This document shows, piece after piece, positions 7,578 to 17,784 of a stretch of DNA of 61,470 bases (positions are counted from its first letter, which is position 1; each line of letters opens with the position of its first letter). Under the pieces are notes generated by a model. That model searched no databases and was not told where the DNA came from. It saw only the letters and a list, made by a program, of their open reading frames with translations. The translations under genes and the position numbers were made by a program. Source of the stretch: an uncultured Oceanicoccus sp. (lineage in GTDB: Bacteria > Pseudomonadota > Gammaproteobacteria > Pseudomonadales > Dasaniaceae); contig NZ_CAXAHB010000001.1 in the NCBI RefSeq assembly GCF_963968385.1, forward strand, positions 1 through 61,470, given 5' to 3'.

Positions 7578-8600
7578 TTACAGCCGGTCGCGATCTCGCT
7601 CTAGCCACCATTGCTTAGCTAGAGCAAAAGCGGCTTGCTGACAGTCCGCTTTTTGTAATAGGCGGATGGTAATCGCCAGAGTGCCAATAATGGCATTTGT
7701 CGCATAAGGATCGGATACCTCCCCACGCCATATGGCGATCAAGTGGTTAATATCCAAGCGGTCAGGCTGTGATTGCCGACCTTCCACCATTTTTGGCCAA
7801 TTCTCTTCTCCAGCCACGCCATCAATGACGGTTTTTACCAGGCAGCTGGCCTCCGGTCGACGCTCGATTTCCCCGCCTTCACCTTTAAAGACTGCGGCAT
7901 GAGTTTGCTGCAGGCTAACAGCAGCTTGCTGATGACTGTCACCATAGGCTGGGTGAAAAATACTTTGCATGGAATAGGGGGCTGCCAGAGGATTTAATAA
8001 TCTTGATAAAGTATGCACCGGTGAGCGCAGGCCAAGATAAGAGCGATAATCAATAATGTGTTTTAAAGGCGGGCATAAAAATTCCAGCGGCATAAATGAA
8101 AAATGTTGATCGTGTAATTGTTGCTCCACCGTTTGCCAAGTCTGTGCCGGAGCAATACCCAAAGAACTTAACACCTGTTCGGTATAAAGCCTGCCTTCTG
8201 TATGACCGCTAGCTCCATGCATATAGACTGCAATACCTTGATCGGCAATGGCGAAGCAACTGAGTAAATACCATGGCAGTTGTTTTTTCTTGCCGGCATA
8301 GCTGGACCAGTCCAGCTGTACATTAATGTCCTTAGGGGCGGCTATATATTGTCTTACGGCGGCGACAAAGCCGGTTAGCTCTTGATAACTTTCCTCCTTG
8401 ACTCGCAATAGCATCAAAAAGGCGCCCAGTTGCACTTCCTCAACATCGCCATTTAATATCATATGCATGGCGTCAAAGGCTTCTTGCTCTGTTAGTGAGC
8501 GAGAGCCGGTTTTTCCCTTGCCAAGGATGCGGACATATTGAGCAAACGGGTGTTCTCCCGTTTTTATTTGGCTGAGTTTATTTCGATACTGTTGTGACAT
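7578..8600 (-). CDS. Glycosyl transferase family 3 / YbiB-like (TrpD2) protein
   Basis: EHPFAQYVRILGKGKTGSRSL, GAFLMLLRVKEE, LDW.SYAGK, GLRSP.H, KGEGGE.E; same position after tusE as in Pseudomonas. Confidence 0.8.
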   Translation of the reverse strand: MSQQYRNKLSQIKTGEHPFAQYVRILGKGKTGSRSLTEQEAFDAMHMILNGDVEEVQLGAFLMLLRVKEESYQELTGFVAAVRQYIAAPKDINVQLDWSSYAGKKKQLPWYLLSCFAIADQGIAVYMHGASGHTEGRLYTEQVLSSLGIAPAQTWQTVEQQLHDQHFSFMPLEFLCPPLKHIIDYRSYLGLRSPVHTLSRLLNPLAAPYSMQSIFHPAYGDSHQQAAVSLQQTHAAVFKGEGGEIERRPEASCLVKTVIDGVAGEENWPKMVEGRQSQPDRLDINHLIAIWRGEVSDPYATNAIIGTLAITIRLLQKADCQQAAFALAKQWWLERDRDRL

Positions 8601-8617
8601 GTACGGCTTTTTCTGAT

Positions 8618-8950
8618 TTAAAGACAATTGTCGGGTTTAGGTAAGCCGGCAATTTTTGCGGCAAATTTAGCAGGGCTGCCGGGGAAAAGTGACAATAAAT
8701 AAATACTGTTTCCTTTATCGCTACCTAGTTGTTGTGCCGTATATTTTACCAAAGGGCGCATGGCGGGTGAAAATTCAAATTCTCGATAAAACTGCTGTAA
8801 TAAGCTAATAATTTCCCAATGGTCGTCGGTAAGGATGATGCCTTCGTTATCTGCAATTTGTTCAGCGACCTGTTCACTCCACTGCGATAAGTTTGTTAAA
8901 AACCCTTCTTTATCCAGTCGGATGGTTTGCTGATTGATGATGATGTCCAT
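8618..8950 (-). CDS. tusE: Sulfurtransferase TusE (DsrC family)
   Basis: LDKEGFL..L.QW, HWEII, SPAMR.LVK, LFPGSPAK...KIAGLPKP..CL. Confidence 0.92.
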   Translation of the reverse strand: MDIIINQQTIRLDKEGFLTNLSQWSEQVAEQIADNEGIILTDDHWEIISLLQQFYREFEFSPAMRPLVKYTAQQLGSDKGNSIYLLSLFPGSPAKFAAKIAGLPKPDNCL

Positions 8951-8954
8951 TGAG

Positions 8955-9254
8955 TTAAAACCAGCTTTGGACACTATGGTGCGTTACTGCCAACTCAACA
9001 AACTCACTATCATCAATTAGCGTGATAGCGGGTGCCAGATGTTGGCTGAGGCCACGCGCTTTAACGTCAGCACTGAGTGCATAGAATTGTATTTCGCTAT
9101 GGGTTTCAATAAGTTTGCTGTACGGAGTATTATCTTTACCTGCATAGACACCGTCTTCAATCAGCAGTACAGAGCTGCCTTTGCTGCAAAATTTCAAGCA
9201 CTCAGAAAAACTCGAGTCATTAAAAGGCGATTGGTTAACCGTATGTAAAATCAT
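8955..9254 (-). CDS. tusB: Sulfur relay TusB (DsrH)
   Basis: MILHTVN.SP, LLIEDGVY, DVKARGL, FVEL......SW. Confidence 0.9.
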   Translation of the reverse strand: MILHTVNQSPFNDSSFSECLKFCSKGSSVLLIEDGVYAGKDNTPYSKLIETHSEIQFYALSADVKARGLSQHLAPAITLIDDSEFVELAVTHHSVQSWF

Positions 9255-9260
9255 AATGGT

Positions 9261-9623
9261 TTATACCGTCAAGAGAATATCAGCCTGCTCGAATAATTCG
9301 GTCAGCTGATCTTGGTTAACGGGCTTGGCGCTAATACTAAGCTTCGAGTTGTCGATCTCTCGCTCTGTCAGAGCTTCACTATCAACATAACTTTCATTAA
9401 TGCCATAAAGCTCAAAAGCCGCTAATAATTTTTGGTGGTTTTTTTGTTGAATATCTCCACTGTCCTGCTGATCCAACAATTGCCAGACGCCATCACCAAT
9501 AAAAGCTATCGCTAATTCCTGATCAAAGGCGCCGGCGGCTAATGCTATTTCGGCGGTTTCTCTGGCCAGTGAATTGCCATAGGGTGCTTTACGGCAAATC
9601 AGTAGAATGCGTTTGCTGGTCAT
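9261..9623 (-). CDS. tusC: Sulfur relay TusC (DsrF)
   Basis: RKAPYG...ARE, FIGDGVWQL, LYGI. Confidence 0.88.
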   Translation of the reverse strand: MTSKRILLICRKAPYGNSLARETAEIALAAGAFDQELAIAFIGDGVWQLLDQQDSGDIQQKNHQKLLAAFELYGINESYVDSEALTEREIDNSKLSISAKPVNQDQLTELFEQADILLTV

Positions 9624-9625
9624 GG

Positions 9626-10018
9626 TTAAGGCCCAAAGGTGATCAGGCGATCAGATTCAATTGATGCATCAATAAGTTGTCCTAATCCAGATATCTTAAA
9701 ACCGTTATTTAAGTTATAGGTGTTTTTTTCATAGCGGTCAGCTTCCTTTGCATCCAACACCCCACGCTTTAGCGCGCTGGCAATACACACCACCAGATCA
9801 ATATCATGATCGTTGGCAAGGTTTTGCCATTGCAGCGGAATATCATTCTCGTCCTGAGGTGGTGTAATCAGCTTGTTACCACTATTGACGGCATCGTGAT
9901 AGAAAAATATCCGATAAAAACTATGCCCAGCATTAACAGCAGCTTGAGCAAAGCGCAGCGCGGTGGATACCGACTGGCTGGAATAGGGGGCACCTAGAAT
10001 AAGCAAGGAAAAGCGCAT
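9626..10018 (-). CDS. tusD: Sulfur relay TusD (DsrE)
   Basis: FFYHDAV, PPQDE, VVCIASALKRG (catalytic Cys), SGLGQL. Confidence 0.92.
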   Translation of the reverse strand: MRFSLLILGAPYSSQSVSTALRFAQAAVNAGHSFYRIFFYHDAVNSGNKLITPPQDENDIPLQWQNLANDHDIDLVVCIASALKRGVLDAKEADRYEKNTYNLNNGFKISGLGQLIDASIESDRLITFGP

Positions 10019-10036
10019 AGCAGTTGAAATCCTAAA

Positions 10037-10070
10037 AACAAAAAGCCCCGATAGAATCGAGGCTTTTGTT
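10037..10070 (-). terminator. Intrinsic terminator after yccA
   Basis: Minus strand AAAAGCCTCGAT...ATCGGGGCTTTT followed by a T-run. Confidence 0.65.
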
Positions 10071-10087
10071 AAATTAGCAAGCTCTAT

Positions 10088-10777
10088 TTAGTCGTCGTTC
10101 ATAACGCCTAACAGATGCAGCAAGCTAGTAAATAAATTGTAAATATCCAGATACAAGGCCACCGTTGCCATCAGATAATTGGTCTCGCCACCGTTAATGA
10201 TGCGGCTGGTGTCAAACAGAATAAAGCCAGACATCAGCAATACGATACCAGCACTTAAGGCTAGTGATGCGGCAGGCATATGATAACCAAACATTGAGCC
10301 CAGCATCAGTGCTAGTGATACCATGACTAGTACCACCAGCCCAGTCATCAGGAAACCACCCATAAAGCTAAAATCTTTACGAGTCGTTAGGACATAACCT
10401 GAAAGCGAGAAGAAAACCAAAGCGGTACCGCCTAAGGCCTGCATAACAATTTCGCCGCCATTGGCCATTGTCAGGTAATAATTTAAGGTTGGCCCCAAGG
10501 CTGCACCCATTAATGCGGTAAAGGCAAAGACGACATAAATACCTGAAGAAGAATTAGCGGTTCTGGGTAGAACGAAACAGATTAACACGATAGCGGTGAG
10601 CATCATGATCAGGGCAGATCCATAACCTAGGTTCATCCACATGGCTAGGCCGGCAGTAATAGCACTTACCATCAGAGTCATCGCCAACATCATATAGGTA
10701 TTGCGTAATACCTTGTTGGTAGACAATACCGAATCAGTAGCGTCTGTTTGTGATGAAAAGACTGGGTTGTCACGCAT
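10088..10777 (-). CDS. yccA: Bax inhibitor-1/YccA family membrane protein
   Basis: NKVLRNTY, TTRKDFSF.GGFL, I.GGETNY..ATV.LY..IYNLF.SLL; about 7 TM segments; GGAG RBS. Confidence 0.92.
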   Translation of the reverse strand: MRDNPVFSSQTDATDSVLSTNKVLRNTYMMLAMTLMVSAITAGLAMWMNLGYGSALIMMLTAIVLICFVLPRTANSSSGIYVVFAFTALMGAALGPTLNYYLTMANGGEIVMQALGGTALVFFSLSGYVLTTRKDFSFMGGFLMTGLVVLVMVSLALMLGSMFGYHMPAASLALSAGIVLLMSGFILFDTSRIINGGETNYLMATVALYLDIYNLFTSLLHLLGVMNDD

Positions 10778-10985
10778 GTTATATCTCCATAGAGTAAACA
10801 GGGTTTTAAAATTACTATTTCTATAGCCCATCATAGCGGCAAGATATTCAAAATCAAGGTTTTCTGGGCTGCTTAAGCTATTGATTTTATGGCTTTTTGG
10901 TAATCAGTTGAATGAGACTTCAACAGATTGCTAAGGTTCCGGCTGACATTGCACAAAGGTGGGCTGTTCACAGAAGAGATAAAAA

Positions 10986-11073
10986 TGGCGGTGAGGGAGA
11001 GATTCGAACTCTCGGAGGTGTTACCCTCGCTGGTTTTCAAGACCAGTGCTTTCGGCCACTCAGCCACCTCACC
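10986..11073 (-). tRNA. tRNA-Ser(TGA)
   Basis: 88 nt GGTGAGGTGGCTGAGTGG...CT-TGA-AA...long variable arm...CGCCA; serT-yccA synteny. Confidence 0.97.
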
Positions 11074-11084
11074 AACGGGGCGTG

Positions 11085-11112
11085 ATTATACAGGGCTTGG
11101 TTATTGAGACAA
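11085..11112 (-). promoter_or_regulatory. sigma70 promoter of tRNA-Ser
   Basis: TTGTCT-16-TATAAT then GC-rich CACGCCCC. Confidence 0.7.
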
Positions 11113-11212
11113 GCGTTACAGAGCATTATCAGTGCAACTAAGCCATTGTTTTTATGATCGTTATTGCATTTGACGGTTGTTGGTTATATTTGCAGCAATA
11201 AACAACTAAAGC

Positions 11213-11242
11213 AAAAAAAGCCCGGTGCTTAATCGGGCTTTT
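11213..11242 (-). terminator. Terminator after rne
   Basis: Minus strand AAAGCCCGAT...ACCGGGCTTTTTTT. Confidence 0.7.
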
Positions 11243-11251
11243 GGGTTGTAT

Positions 11252-13807
11252 TTAGGCGGACCGTTGCAGGCGAGGATCATTATGAGCTCGCTCAGCTTTC
11301 GGTTTGGTCGGATCAGGAGCTGCTGCCGGAGCCGGTGTTTTGGGTGATATATCCAATTGAGCCGTGGCTATATCAACCTCAGTAACAGCCTTTGGTGAGA
11401 TTCGAGGGTCATTGGCAGCACGGCCTACAGGTTTTTCCAAAGTGGCCGGAGCTGGCTCGGTAGTCACTGGTGCTGGTGTTTCAACCGCGGCAGTTGGCTC
11501 TTTCGCCGGTTTTGTAGTGATAGCCTCAGTGGTTGCTTTTTCAACTGGCTCAGCTTCTTCGATGGAAATTTCTGCAGCCGGCTCAGTCGCTACTGCTTCA
11601 GCTTGAATTTCGGTTTCAGTAGCAAGCTCAGGTGCCGCAGTTTCTGTTACGGGTTCTTGTGCTGCCTCAATAATGGCTGCAGGCTCAGCCGTGTTATCAA
11701 CCGTCGCTTCAACGATATCATTAATAACCGGTTCATTAGTCGATGCCGCAGCTGTTTCAGCGGCTGGCTGGTCACTTTGACTCGTTGCTTCGGTTTTATT
11801 CTCAGCATTACGTGGCCCACGATTACGACGACGACCAGAGTTACGCGGTCTGCGGTTTGATGGACGACGTTGCGGACGATCATCGCTATTGCCGTTGCTT
11901 TCATCGGTTTTTGAGGCTTCTCTGGTTTTGTTCTTAGTCTCAGCCTTTTGATCTTGCTGGTTGTCTTTCTGGCGATTGTGATTATTACGCTCGTCATCTC
12001 GACGGTTTCTATTGCGATTTCTGTTGCGATTACGATTTTGTTGGCGACCCTGATTCTGGCGATTGCCGCGCTGGTTGTTGCGCTTTCTGTTGGGTTTTTT
12101 CTCTTCAACCACTTCTTCTTCACCGATAAGGCCGCTAAAGAAATCGATAATTTTGGAAAATAAACCAGGCTTTTTAGTGTCAGTTGATTTTTTGACAGTA
12201 GGGGCCGCTGCTGTTGGTGTTACTCCTTGAACAGCAGCTTGTTCAACAGGTATCTGTAATTGTTCTTGGCTCAAAACGTCTTCAGGCTGCTCGGCCTGAA
12301 TCTTATAGCTCAGCTCAATATCTTTACCGATTTCATCGTCCCGTAATCGCTGTACTTCGAAATGCGGTGTTTCCAGTTGCGGATTCGGCGCGATAACCAC
12401 ACGAACTTTAGTGCGATGCTCAATATCATGAATTGGTTGACGCTTTTCGTTCAGCAGATAGGAAGCTACACTGACCGGCACCAAGGCGCGAATTTCTGCA
12501 CTGCGTTCTTTGCTGGCAGCTTCTTCAACCAGGCGTAGAATAGATAGGGAAAGCGATTTTGTGTCGCGGATGGTGCCATGACCACTGCAGCGTGGACAAA
12601 CCTTGGCGCTGGTTTCACCGAGTGAGGGGCGAAGGCGCTGGCGAGACATTTCCAATAAACCAAAACGAGATATACGGCCGACCTGTACCCGTGCACGATC
12701 GATACTCAAGGCATCACGCATACGGTTTTCCACCGCGCGTTGGTTCTTTGCGGTATTCATATCAATAAAATCAATAACGACCAGACCACCCATATCCCGC
12801 AGGCGTAACTGACGCGCAATTTCATCAGCGGCTTCCAAATTGGTTTGGGTGGCAGTTTCTTCGATATTGCCGCCTTTGGTCGCTCGGGCGGAGTTGATAT
12901 CAATAGAGACCAGTGCTTCAGTAGGGTCAATAACAATAGAACCGCCAGAGGGCAGCTGAACTTCACGTTGGAAGGCTGTCTCGATCTGGCTTTCGATTTG
13001 ATAGCGATTAAATAGCGGAACCGGATCCTTATAAAGACGAATTCGATTCTGGTAATGAGGCATAACCTGAGTAACAAAATTTAGTGCTTCGGTATGGGCA
13101 TCTTCATTATCAATCAGCACTTGATCGATATCATCACGCAGATAATCGCGAATAGCGCGGATGATAACGTTGCTTTCCTGCAGTAATAGGAAGGGAGCTT
13201 TACGCTCGGCAGTAGCTTTTTGAATGGCTTCCCAGAGGTGTACCAGATAATCCAGATCCCATTGTAGTTCTTCGCCACTGCGACCTACACCGGCAGTGCG
13301 TACGATTGCGCCCATACCGTTAGGTACAGTGATTGAGTTTAGTGCTGCTTTCAGTTCGGTGCGCTCGTCACCTTCGATGCGGCGAGAAATACCGCCGGCG
13401 CGAGGGTTGTTGGGCATCAGTACCAGATAGCGACCAGCCAGGCTCACAAAGGTCGTTAGAGCGGCACCCTTGTTGCCCCGTTCTTCTTTGTCGACCTGCA
13501 CAATAACTTCAGTGCCTTCTTTAACGACATCTTTGATCTTAAAGCGACCACCGACATCTTGAGGTTGACGGTAAAAGTATTCACGGGCAATTTCTTTCAG
13601 TGGTAAAAAACCATGGCGCTCGGCCCCAAAGTCAACAAAAGCGGCTTCAAGGCTTGGCTCTACCCGGGTGATAGTGCCTTTATAAACGTTTGATTTTTTT
13701 TGTACGCGGGTGCGGTTTTCTATATCTAGATCATACAGGCGCTGGCCATCGACAAGACCAACGCGCAACTCTTCAGGTTGAGTTGCATTAATAAGCATTC
13801 TTTTCAT
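11252..13807 (-). CDS. rne: Ribonuclease E
   Basis: [16 protein letters not shown]1 domain, [21 protein letters not shown] Zn-link, amphipathic membrane-targeting helix, Arg/Asn-rich RNA-binding tail, RAANDPR. Confidence 0.97.
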   Translation of the reverse strand: MKRMLINATQPEELRVGLVDGQRLYDLDIENRTRVQKKSNVYKGTITRVEPSLEAAFVDFGAERHGFLPLKEIAREYFYRQPQDVGGRFKIKDVVKEGTEVIVQVDKEERGNKGAALTTFVSLAGRYLVLMPNNPRAGGISRRIEGDERTELKAALNSITVPNGMGAIVRTAGVGRSGEELQWDLDYLVHLWEAIQKATAERKAPFLLLQESNVIIRAIRDYLRDDIDQVLIDNEDAHTEALNFVTQVMPHYQNRIRLYKDPVPLFNRYQIESQIETAFQREVQLPSGGSIVIDPTEALVSIDINSARATKGGNIEETATQTNLEAADEIARQLRLRDMGGLVVIDFIDMNTAKNQRAVENRMRDALSIDRARVQVGRISRFGLLEMSRQRLRPSLGETSAKVCPRCSGHGTIRDTKSLSLSILRLVEEAASKERSAEIRALVPVSVASYLLNEKRQPIHDIEHRTKVRVVIAPNPQLETPHFEVQRLRDDEIGKDIELSYKIQAEQPEDVLSQEQLQIPVEQAAVQGVTPTAAAPTVKKSTDTKKPGLFSKIIDFFSGLIGEEEVVEEKKPNRKRNNQRGNRQNQGRQQNRNRNRNRNRNRRDDERNNHNRQKDNQQDQKAETKNKTREASKTDESNGNSDDRPQRRPSNRRPRNSGRRRNRGPRNAENKTEATSQSDQPAAETAAASTNEPVINDIVEATVDNTAEPAAIIEAAQEPVTETAAPELATETEIQAEAVATEPAAEISIEEAEPVEKATTEAITTKPAKEPTAAVETPAPVTTEPAPATLEKPVGRAANDPRISPKAVTEVDIATAQLDISPKTPAPAAAPDPTKPKAERAHNDPRLQRSA

Positions 13808-14562
13808 GGTGGAACAAATCCCAAAGTGGCAGAGGATTTGCGCAGTACCGACAAACGGTGTTGGAAGGAGAGCGTCGAGCTAATGCTATTTGGGGTTGGT
13901 AAGCCAAAGCTTTAACAACCTTGTTACTGATAACTAGGGCTTTAACGTCATTAATACACGGTAAAGCCAGTATGTTCAGTAAAATGAGCGTTAGTACTCT
14001 TAATTCAGCACTAACCTCGTTATAATCGCCGCGATTATTGTGGGCCGCTCTTATCGAGGGGGCCACGGCTAACGGACGTTTCTATTTAGCAATAGTTTTG
14101 GTGAAGTGTTGCGGTTTAGCAGAGGGTATTGGTTTAATCAGCCTTGCTATCTAACCGGTCCAGTTATCCTTAATGTTAAGCCGAGGATACTGGCTTGTGC
14201 TTCACTTGCGTCTCAAATACAAAACAGTTTAAACGATGCTTGCGACATTTTGTCTGCATTGTTAATTAATTCACTTACCTTCAAATCTGGCTTTGCAGTA
14301 TTTGGTATAGTGTAAGTGGACTGATAAATTTTTTACTTCGCATCGCTCTGAAATCATTACTCTGAAATCATGGATTAACTCTCAGAAACAAGCGACTGCG
14401 TTACAACATTTGCTTTGGCGGTATTTCCTAACAACCCGATCTTGATGTACGTGATATCTTGTCGATTAATGAATAATAGTTTGTTTAATCTACTCGGCAA
14501 CTGGCCGATGATATGACGTAGAATTTTGTGAGGTGGAATCCTGACCCAACAAATGTGACTGC

Positions 14563-14591
14563 ACTATAGCAGGATTTATTAAGCGTATCAA
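14563..14591 (-). promoter_or_regulatory. Likely rne sigma70 promoter
   Basis: Minus strand TTGATA-17-TATAGT with a TGn extension. Confidence 0.55.
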
Positions 14592-14611
14592 ATACTTACA
14601 GCGGAATTTTA

Positions 14612-15601
14612 ATGACTGATCTTTTTTCTCCGGATAAAGGTGATAAGCCAGAATCTACCCAGCCCAGTAATGGCGTTAGTTTTGTCGAGGTGACCGACGC
14701 TTATGCTGGTCAGCGAATAGACAACTTTCTGCTACGTCACCTTAAAGGTGTGCCCAAATCCAAGATCTATCGCATTATTCGCAAAGGCGAGGTGCGGGTG
14801 AATAAAGGACGGGTGAAAGCCGAGTATAAGCTCTCTGAGGATGATGTCATCAGAGTTCCGCCAGTTAGGGTGGCAGAGGAAAAAGCCACACTAGGCGTAT
14901 CAAAAAGTCTCCATCAGCTGCTAACGTCGTCGATCTTGTTTGAAGATGATCGTTTAATGGTGGTGAATAAGCCCTCGGGTCTGGCGGTGCATGGGGGAAG
15001 TGGGATTAATCAGGGTTTAATCGAGGCGCTAAGGGTGATGCGTCCGGAATTGCGCTTTCTGGAGTTGGTGCATCGTCTGGATAGAGATACTTCCGGTTGT
15101 ATTATGATTGCCAAGAAACGAAGCATGCTCCGCTTTCTTCACCAACAGTTGCGCACGGGAACGATTGACAAGCGTTATTTAGCGCTAGTGGCTGGACGTT
15201 GGCCCAATCGCCGTAAAATAGTTACTGCTCCCTTATTAAAAAATACACTGCGTTCTGGTGAGCGCATGGTCAATGTCTCACCGGAGGGGAAAAAATCCAC
15301 AACCGGGTTTGCCATTGTCCAGCGCTACCCTCAGGCCACTTTGGTTGAGGCGCGGCCAGTGACTGGTCGAACTCACCAAATTAGAGTGCATGCGCTGCAT
15401 GTTGGCCATCCTTTGTTAGGTGATGACAAGTATGGTGATCAGGCTGCCTGTCAAGTTTTTAAACACAAGGGTTTAAAACGTTTGTTTCTGCATGCCGCCA
15501 GTTTGCGTGTGCCCATGCCGGAAGATGAAGAAGAGCTTAATATCAGGGCTGCTTTAAGCCCCGAGTTACAATCCGTATTAGATAACCTGCCTGTCGAGTA
15601 A
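14612..15601 (+). CDS. rluC: 23S rRNA pseudouridine synthase RluC
   Basis: GQRIDNFL S4 domain, NKPSGLAVHGG, VHRLDRDTSG, GRTHQIRVH; divergent from rne. Confidence 0.95.
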   Translation: MTDLFSPDKGDKPESTQPSNGVSFVEVTDAYAGQRIDNFLLRHLKGVPKSKIYRIIRKGEVRVNKGRVKAEYKLSEDDVIRVPPVRVAEEKATLGVSKSLHQLLTSSILFEDDRLMVVNKPSGLAVHGGSGINQGLIEALRVMRPELRFLELVHRLDRDTSGCIMIAKKRSMLRFLHQQLRTGTIDKRYLALVAGRWPNRRKIVTAPLLKNTLRSGERMVNVSPEGKKSTTGFAIVQRYPQATLVEARPVTGRTHQIRVHALHVGHPLLGDDKYGDQAACQVFKHKGLKRLFLHAASLRVPMPEDEEELNIRAALSPELQSVLDNLPVE

Positions 15602-15606
15602 ATTTT

Positions 15607-16245
15607 ATGTTATATATTTTTGATTGGGATGGAACCTTAATAGATTCCACCGATAAAATTGCTCGCTGTATGCAGCAGGCGATTGCCGAATTAGGCTTGC
15701 CAGCACGCAGTGTTGCGGAAGTTAAAAGCATTATCGGCCTAGGTTTGGCGCAAGCGGTGCGAACACTGTTTCCTGATATCGAAGAAGCAATGATTGCCAA
15801 AGTGACAGCTGCTTATTCAAGTCACTTTGTCATTGCCGATCAAACACCCTGTAATTTATATCCTTATGTGGATGAGGTATTAAATCAGTTGCGTGCTGAG
15901 GGGCATTTATTAGCCGTGGCCACCGGAAAGAGTCGTCGCGGGCTTAATCGCGTGCTGACCAATATGTCACTAACAGATTTTTTTGATGCCACTCGTTGCG
16001 CAGACGAAACCGCTTCAAAGCCTGACCCGCTGATGTTGCACCAGCTTTTGCAAACATTAAATGTTGATGTTAGTGCAGCAGTGATGGTGGGTGATACCGA
16101 TTTTGATTTGGAAATGGCTGCGAATGCGGGTATGAAGAGTATTGGTGTCAGTTACGGCGCTCATCCTGTTGAGCGGTTATTGCCGCATAAACCGGAGCGA
16201 ATTATTGATCGTTTCGATCAGTTATTAGCTGGGGTTAAGGAATAG
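15607..16245 (+). CDS. HAD-IA hydrolase (phosphoglycolate phosphatase-like)
   Basis: FDWDGTL.DS, ATGK, SKPDP, MVGD..FD. Confidence 0.88.
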   Translation: MLYIFDWDGTLIDSTDKIARCMQQAIAELGLPARSVAEVKSIIGLGLAQAVRTLFPDIEEAMIAKVTAAYSSHFVIADQTPCNLYPYVDEVLNQLRAEGHLLAVATGKSRRGLNRVLTNMSLTDFFDATRCADETASKPDPLMLHQLLQTLNVDVSAAVMVGDTDFDLEMAANAGMKSIGVSYGAHPVERLLPHKPERIIDRFDQLLAGVKE

Positions 16246-16813
16246 CGACGCCTTCTGTCTTTAGCATATCCACCAGTTTAATCAGCGGTAGGCCCATCAG
16301 GCTATTAGGGTCATCGCCAATCAATTGCTCAAACAAGCTGATGCCCAGCCCCTCTACCTTAAAACTGCCGGCGCAATCCAAAGGTTGTTCTGCTGAGATA
16401 TAGCGCTTGATCGTTGCCGTATCCAATGTCCTGAACTTCACTGAAAAGGGTTCAACACAAGTCTGCTGTTGGCCGGTTTTGCTGTTGAGCAGGCTGAGCC
16501 CAGTGTAAAAAGTCACTGTTTTACCGCTACAGGCACTAAGCTGGGCCATAGCTTTATCGCTGTTGCCTGGTTTGGTGAGAATGGTTTGTCCGAGGCTGGC
16601 CACTTGATCAGAGCCAATAATTAGCTGTTGTGGATAATCGGCTGCTACCGCCTGCGCTTTCTGTTGGGCTAGTCTGCTCACCAGTTGTTCTGCCGATTCA
16701 GTGGGTAGCGCGGATTCATCAATATTAGGGCTGATACAATCGAAGTCTATAGCCAGTCGCTGCAATAATTCTCTGCGGTATGGGGAGCTCGAGGCCAGTA
16801 TGATAGGTAACAT
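16235..16813 (-). CDS. yceF: Maf family nucleotide pyrophosphatase (YceF-type)
   Basis: ILASSSPYRRELL, IGSDQ, KP, PLDCAGSFK.EGLG, LMGLPL. Confidence 0.9.
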   Translation of the reverse strand: MLPIILASSSPYRRELLQRLAIDFDCISPNIDESALPTESAEQLVSRLAQQKAQAVAADYPQQLIIGSDQVASLGQTILTKPGNSDKAMAQLSACSGKTVTFYTGLSLLNSKTGQQQTCVEPFSVKFRTLDTATIKRYISAEQPLDCAGSFKVEGLGISLFEQLIGDDPNSLMGLPLIKLVDMLKTEGVAIP

Positions 16814-16930
16814 AAGAGGCTATATTGTTAGGTAGTAGGTGTATTTGTTGTCAGATGTCGTGATTTTAGCGGATTATAGATAGAAATCACTGATTTCCCT
16901 ACAAAAACCAGTAATTGCCCGTATTTTCCT

Positions 16931-16959
16931 TTGACAGTCCCAGCCTGCGGCCCTATGAT
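16931..16959 (+). promoter_or_regulatory. sigma70 promoter of yceD-rpmF
   Basis: TTGACA-17-TATGAT followed by GC-rich TGCGCGC. Confidence 0.75.
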
Positions 16960-16968
16960 TGCGCGCTT

Positions 16969-17535
16969 ATGTTGACCGCCCCCTTGCCAAGTCAGATTGA
17001 TATCCGCAAATTGGTGGTGAAAGGTGCTGAAATCAGTGCTAATCCGCCGATTTCATCACTGCCTCGCATAGCCGATTTGTTGGCTGAGGGCGATAGCGAT
17101 ACAGAAGATAAAGCCGGCAGTTTAGCGGTTAATCTGCGGTTTTATATTGATGATGAGCGCCAGCGCAGAGTCGATGGTCAGATCACAGGTACTGTGAAAA
17201 TGACCTGCCAACGTTGTTTGGAGCCAATGCCGGTTGACGTCGATATGAAGTTTGAGTTGGGTATTGTCTGGTCCGAAGAGGATGCAGAACGGTTGCCCAA
17301 ATCATTAGAGCCGTTAATTGTTGGTGATGAGTTAGTTGATCTTGCGGATATTGTCTCGGATGAGCTTATCCTCAGTTTGCCTTATGTGAATTATCACTCG
17401 CCGGCAGATTGCAAGCAAAATATAGGTTATAGCAGTGTTGACCCTGAGCACACCGATGCGGTTGGAAAGGTCAATGTTGAGCAAGAAAGGGATAATCCTT
17501 TTCAGGTTTTAGAGCAGTTAAAATTCGATAAGTAA
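16969..17535 (+). CDS. yceD: YceD/DUF177 large-subunit rRNA accumulation protein
   Basis: CQRCL.P, DEL.LSLP, C-terminal NPFQVLEQLK; directly upstream of rpmF. Confidence 0.9.
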   Translation: MLTAPLPSQIDIRKLVVKGAEISANPPISSLPRIADLLAEGDSDTEDKAGSLAVNLRFYIDDERQRRVDGQITGTVKMTCQRCLEPMPVDVDMKFELGIVWSEEDAERLPKSLEPLIVGDELVDLADIVSDELILSLPYVNYHSPADCKQNIGYSSVDPEHTDAVGKVNVEQERDNPFQVLEQLKFDK

Positions 17536-17581
17536 TTGCGTGATGCAATGACCTATCTATGTCAGTAGAGGAGTTAAGGCC

Positions 17582-17764
17582 ATGGCCGTACAAAAAAGTA
17601 AAGTAACCCGTTCACGCCGCGGTCAGCGTCGTTCGCATGATTCGCTATCAGGCCCAACGTTGTCTGTTGACCCTACTAGCGGTGAAACTCATCGTCGTCA
17701 CCATGTATCAGCTGACGGTTTTTACCGTGGCAAAAAAGTTGTTGATACCCAAGACGACGAGTAA
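17582..17764 (+). CDS. rpmF: 50S ribosomal protein L32
   Basis: MAVQKSK.TRSRRG.RRSHD...GE.HRRHHV..DG.YRG. Confidence 0.97.
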   Translation: MAVQKSKVTRSRRGQRRSHDSLSGPTLSVDPTSGETHRRHHVSADGFYRGKKVVDTQDDE

Positions 17765-17784
17765 GCATAGTTTTAGATTGATAA

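Noticed and set aside
8618-10018. dsrEFH-dsrC as a sulfur-oxidation (reverse Dsr) locus
   Set aside because: No dsrAB here; TusE has only the terminal Cys; the serT-yccA context is the tRNA-thiolation type.
10873-11067. 64-aa ORF in the track
   Set aside because: Overlaps tRNA-Ser.
11990-12095. NRNRNR/QNQ low-complexity repeats in rne
   Set aside because: Normal arginine-rich RNA-binding region of the RNase E scaffold.
13788-14315. 92-aa and 69-aa ORFs in the rne-rluC gap
   Set aside because: GTG starts without an RBS and no protein-like features; more likely leader sequence.
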